The position numbers and the translations under genes are program-made. Under the pieces are notes generated by a model. That model saw only the letters and a program-made list of their open reading frames with translations, did not search any database and had not been told where the DNA came from. This document shows positions 62,576-64,000 of a DNA stretch of 64,000 nucleotides, piece after piece (position 1 is the stretch's first letter; every line of letters starts with the position of its first letter). The DNA comes from an uncultured delta proteobacterium. GTDB lineage: Bacteria; Desulfobacterota; WTBG01; CAIYCZ01; CAIRTM01. The stretch is from contig CAWDSQ010000007.1 of assembly GCA_963804955.1 (NCBI GenBank), positions 32,001 to 96,000 on the forward strand, written 5' to 3'.

Positions 62576-63967
62576 TTACGCCAGCACCAGCATCGGATCT
62601 TCATGCAGCTCTTTGATGGTCTGCAGGAAGCGGCCCGCGTCAGCGCCGTCGATGGTGCGGTGGTCATAGCTTATCGACAGGTTCATCATCGGCCGGATCA
62701 CGATCTGCTTGTTGACGACCACGGGCTTGTCGATGATCGCGCCCACGCCCAGAATGCAGTTTTCAGGCTGATTGATGATGGCGGTGAACAGCTCGGTGCC
62801 GAACATGCCCATGGCCGAAACCGTGAACGTGCCGCCGGTCATTTCCGCGGGGCCCATCTTGCCGTTGCGGCCCTTGTCGATCAGGGCCGTGCGGTCCTTG
62901 GCGATTTCGGTAATGGTTTTCTTGTTCGCGTTTTTAATGACCGGCACGATCAGGCCGTCCTTGATGGACATGGCCATGCCGACATTGATGTCCTTCAAAA
63001 ACAGGATGCCGTCATTGGTCCAGCGGGTGTTGATGACCGGATGCCGCTCGAGTGCCATTGCCGTGAGCTTGATCACGAAGTCGGTGATGGTCACGCGCAC
63101 GCCGTGCTTCTTTTCGACCGACTTCAGGATCTTCTCGCGGAATTCCTGAATCGCGGTTGCATCCACGCCGTTGGTCATATAGGCCATTGCCGCCTGGTTG
63201 CAGCTCTCGAGCATCTTGCGGGAGATGACCTTGCGCATGCTGGTCAGTTTCACGAGTTTATCGCCTTCGGACACTTTTTCTCCTCCTGTCTTTTGTTCTG
63301 CAGGTGCGGCTGCGGCAGGTGCTGCCTTTGCCTTGGCAAGATAGGCTTCGATATCCTCCTTGGTGATCTTGCCTGCGGGGCCGGTGCCAATAACCTGCTT
63401 GAGATCGATATTATTTTCTTTTGCCATCTTGTCGGCAACGGGGGTGATGCGAAACTTGTTTGCCGCCTGGTAGGCCAGCACATCGTTCTTTACCACGCGG
63501 CCCTCGGGGCCAGTGCCGCCGATTGCGGCGATTTCGATGCCGGCATCAGAGGCCAGCTTGCGGGCAAGAGGCGATGCTTTCACTCGCTCGCCGGCTGCAC
63601 GTGCGGGAGCCGGAGCGGCTGCTGCCGGTGCAGCGGTGCCGCGGGTGCTGCGGCTGCAGGAGCCGCCGCCGCTGCTGCCGGTGCTGCGGCTGCTCCCCCC
63701 GCCGCCGGCACATGCTGCGTCATAATCGGCCTTGTCAGCCCCGATAATGGCGATCAGTTCAGCCACAGGCACTTCGCCGTCCTGCGGCACTACTATATGC
63801 AAAAGGCCGCTTGCAGGGGACTCAACCTCATAGGTGATCTTCTCGGTCTCAACGACCAGCAGAATTTCACCCTGGTTGACCTGCTCGCCTTCGGCTTTTT
63901 TCCACTCAGCAATCTTACCGGTTTCCATGGTAAGGCCGAGCTTGGGCATGGTTAAATTTGTTGCCAT
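62576..63967 (-). CDS. Dihydrolipoamide acyltransferase (E2; PdhC/AcoC-like)
   Basis: Lipoyl domain, two E3-binding repeats (ASPLARKLA, ITPVADKMA), GGTFTVS, DHRTIDG. Confidence 0.93.
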   Translation of the reverse strand: MATNLTMPKLGLTMETGKIAEWKKAEGEQVNQGEILLVVETEKITYEVESPASGLLHIVVPQDGEVPVAELIAIIGADKADYDAACAGGGGSSRSTGSSGGGSCSRSTRGTAAPAAAAPAPARAAGERVKASPLARKLASDAGIEIAAIGGTGPEGRVVKNDVLAYQAANKFRITPVADKMAKENNIDLKQVIGTGPAGKITKEDIEAYLAKAKAAPAAAAPAEQKTGGEKVSEGDKLVKLTSMRKVISRKMLESCNQAAMAYMTNGVDATAIQEFREKILKSVEKKHGVRVTITDFVIKLTAMALERHPVINTRWTNDGILFLKDINVGMAMSIKDGLIVPVIKNANKKTITEIAKDRTALIDKGRNGKMGPAEMTGGTFTVSAMGMFGTELFTAIINQPENCILGVGAIIDKPVVVNKQIVIRPMMNLSISYDHRTIDGADAGRFLQTIKELHEDPMLVLA

Positions 63968-64000
63968 GTTAATTGACTCCTTTCCTTATTTAGTCACATC

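Noticed and set aside
61819..63955. Long plus-strand ORFs (218 and 450 aa) and similar antisense ORFs elsewhere
   Set aside because: Shadow ORFs opposite well-supported genes with strong codon bias.

Overview
Bacterial chromosomal window, probably from an anaerobe of the Desulfobacterota/'deltaproteobacterial' type (inferred from gene content only). Many single-base indels break genes, usually at homopolymers and most densely at ~14.7-17 kb, which points to long-read error rather than true pseudogenes. Left part (1-27 kb): DUF262/GmrSD-like gene, MazEF-type TA pair, NCS2 nucleobase permease, an operon of two FAD-linked oxidoreductases plus a geranylgeranyl-reductase-like enzyme, rlpA, a ferritin-like protein, hsp20-lon and a parvulin PPIase. 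The most interesting block is 14.7-23.2 kb (minus strand). It holds two paralogous MarR genes, two paralogous NifH/BchX-like Fe proteins (one with the switch-I Asp replaced by Ser), and a BchY/N-like plus a BchZ/B-like subunit whose 3+1 Cys pattern is COR-like, the latter with two C-terminal PCP_red domains. An atypical SDR and a cryptic, frameshifted ferrochelatase-family gene follow. I read this as a candidate undescribed nitrogenase-like reductase system, possibly acting on tetrapyrroles, with no nif or photosynthesis genes in the window. Next come a metallophosphoesterase-nucleotidyltransferase fusion and a ferredoxin-DUF169/PNPOx pair. Right part (27-60.5 kb): a mosaic surface-polysaccharide locus (Wzb/Wzc, glycosyltransferases, carbamoyltransferase, Wzy-like, Gmd, ligase-like, PglF/CapD, CapA, CapK, Wzx, perosamine-synthase-like, FabH-ACP-SDR-acyltransferase cassette). 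The window ends with E2 and lipoyl-E3 of a 2-oxoacid/acetoin dehydrogenase. No rRNA, tRNA, CRISPR array or intact transposase was recognised.
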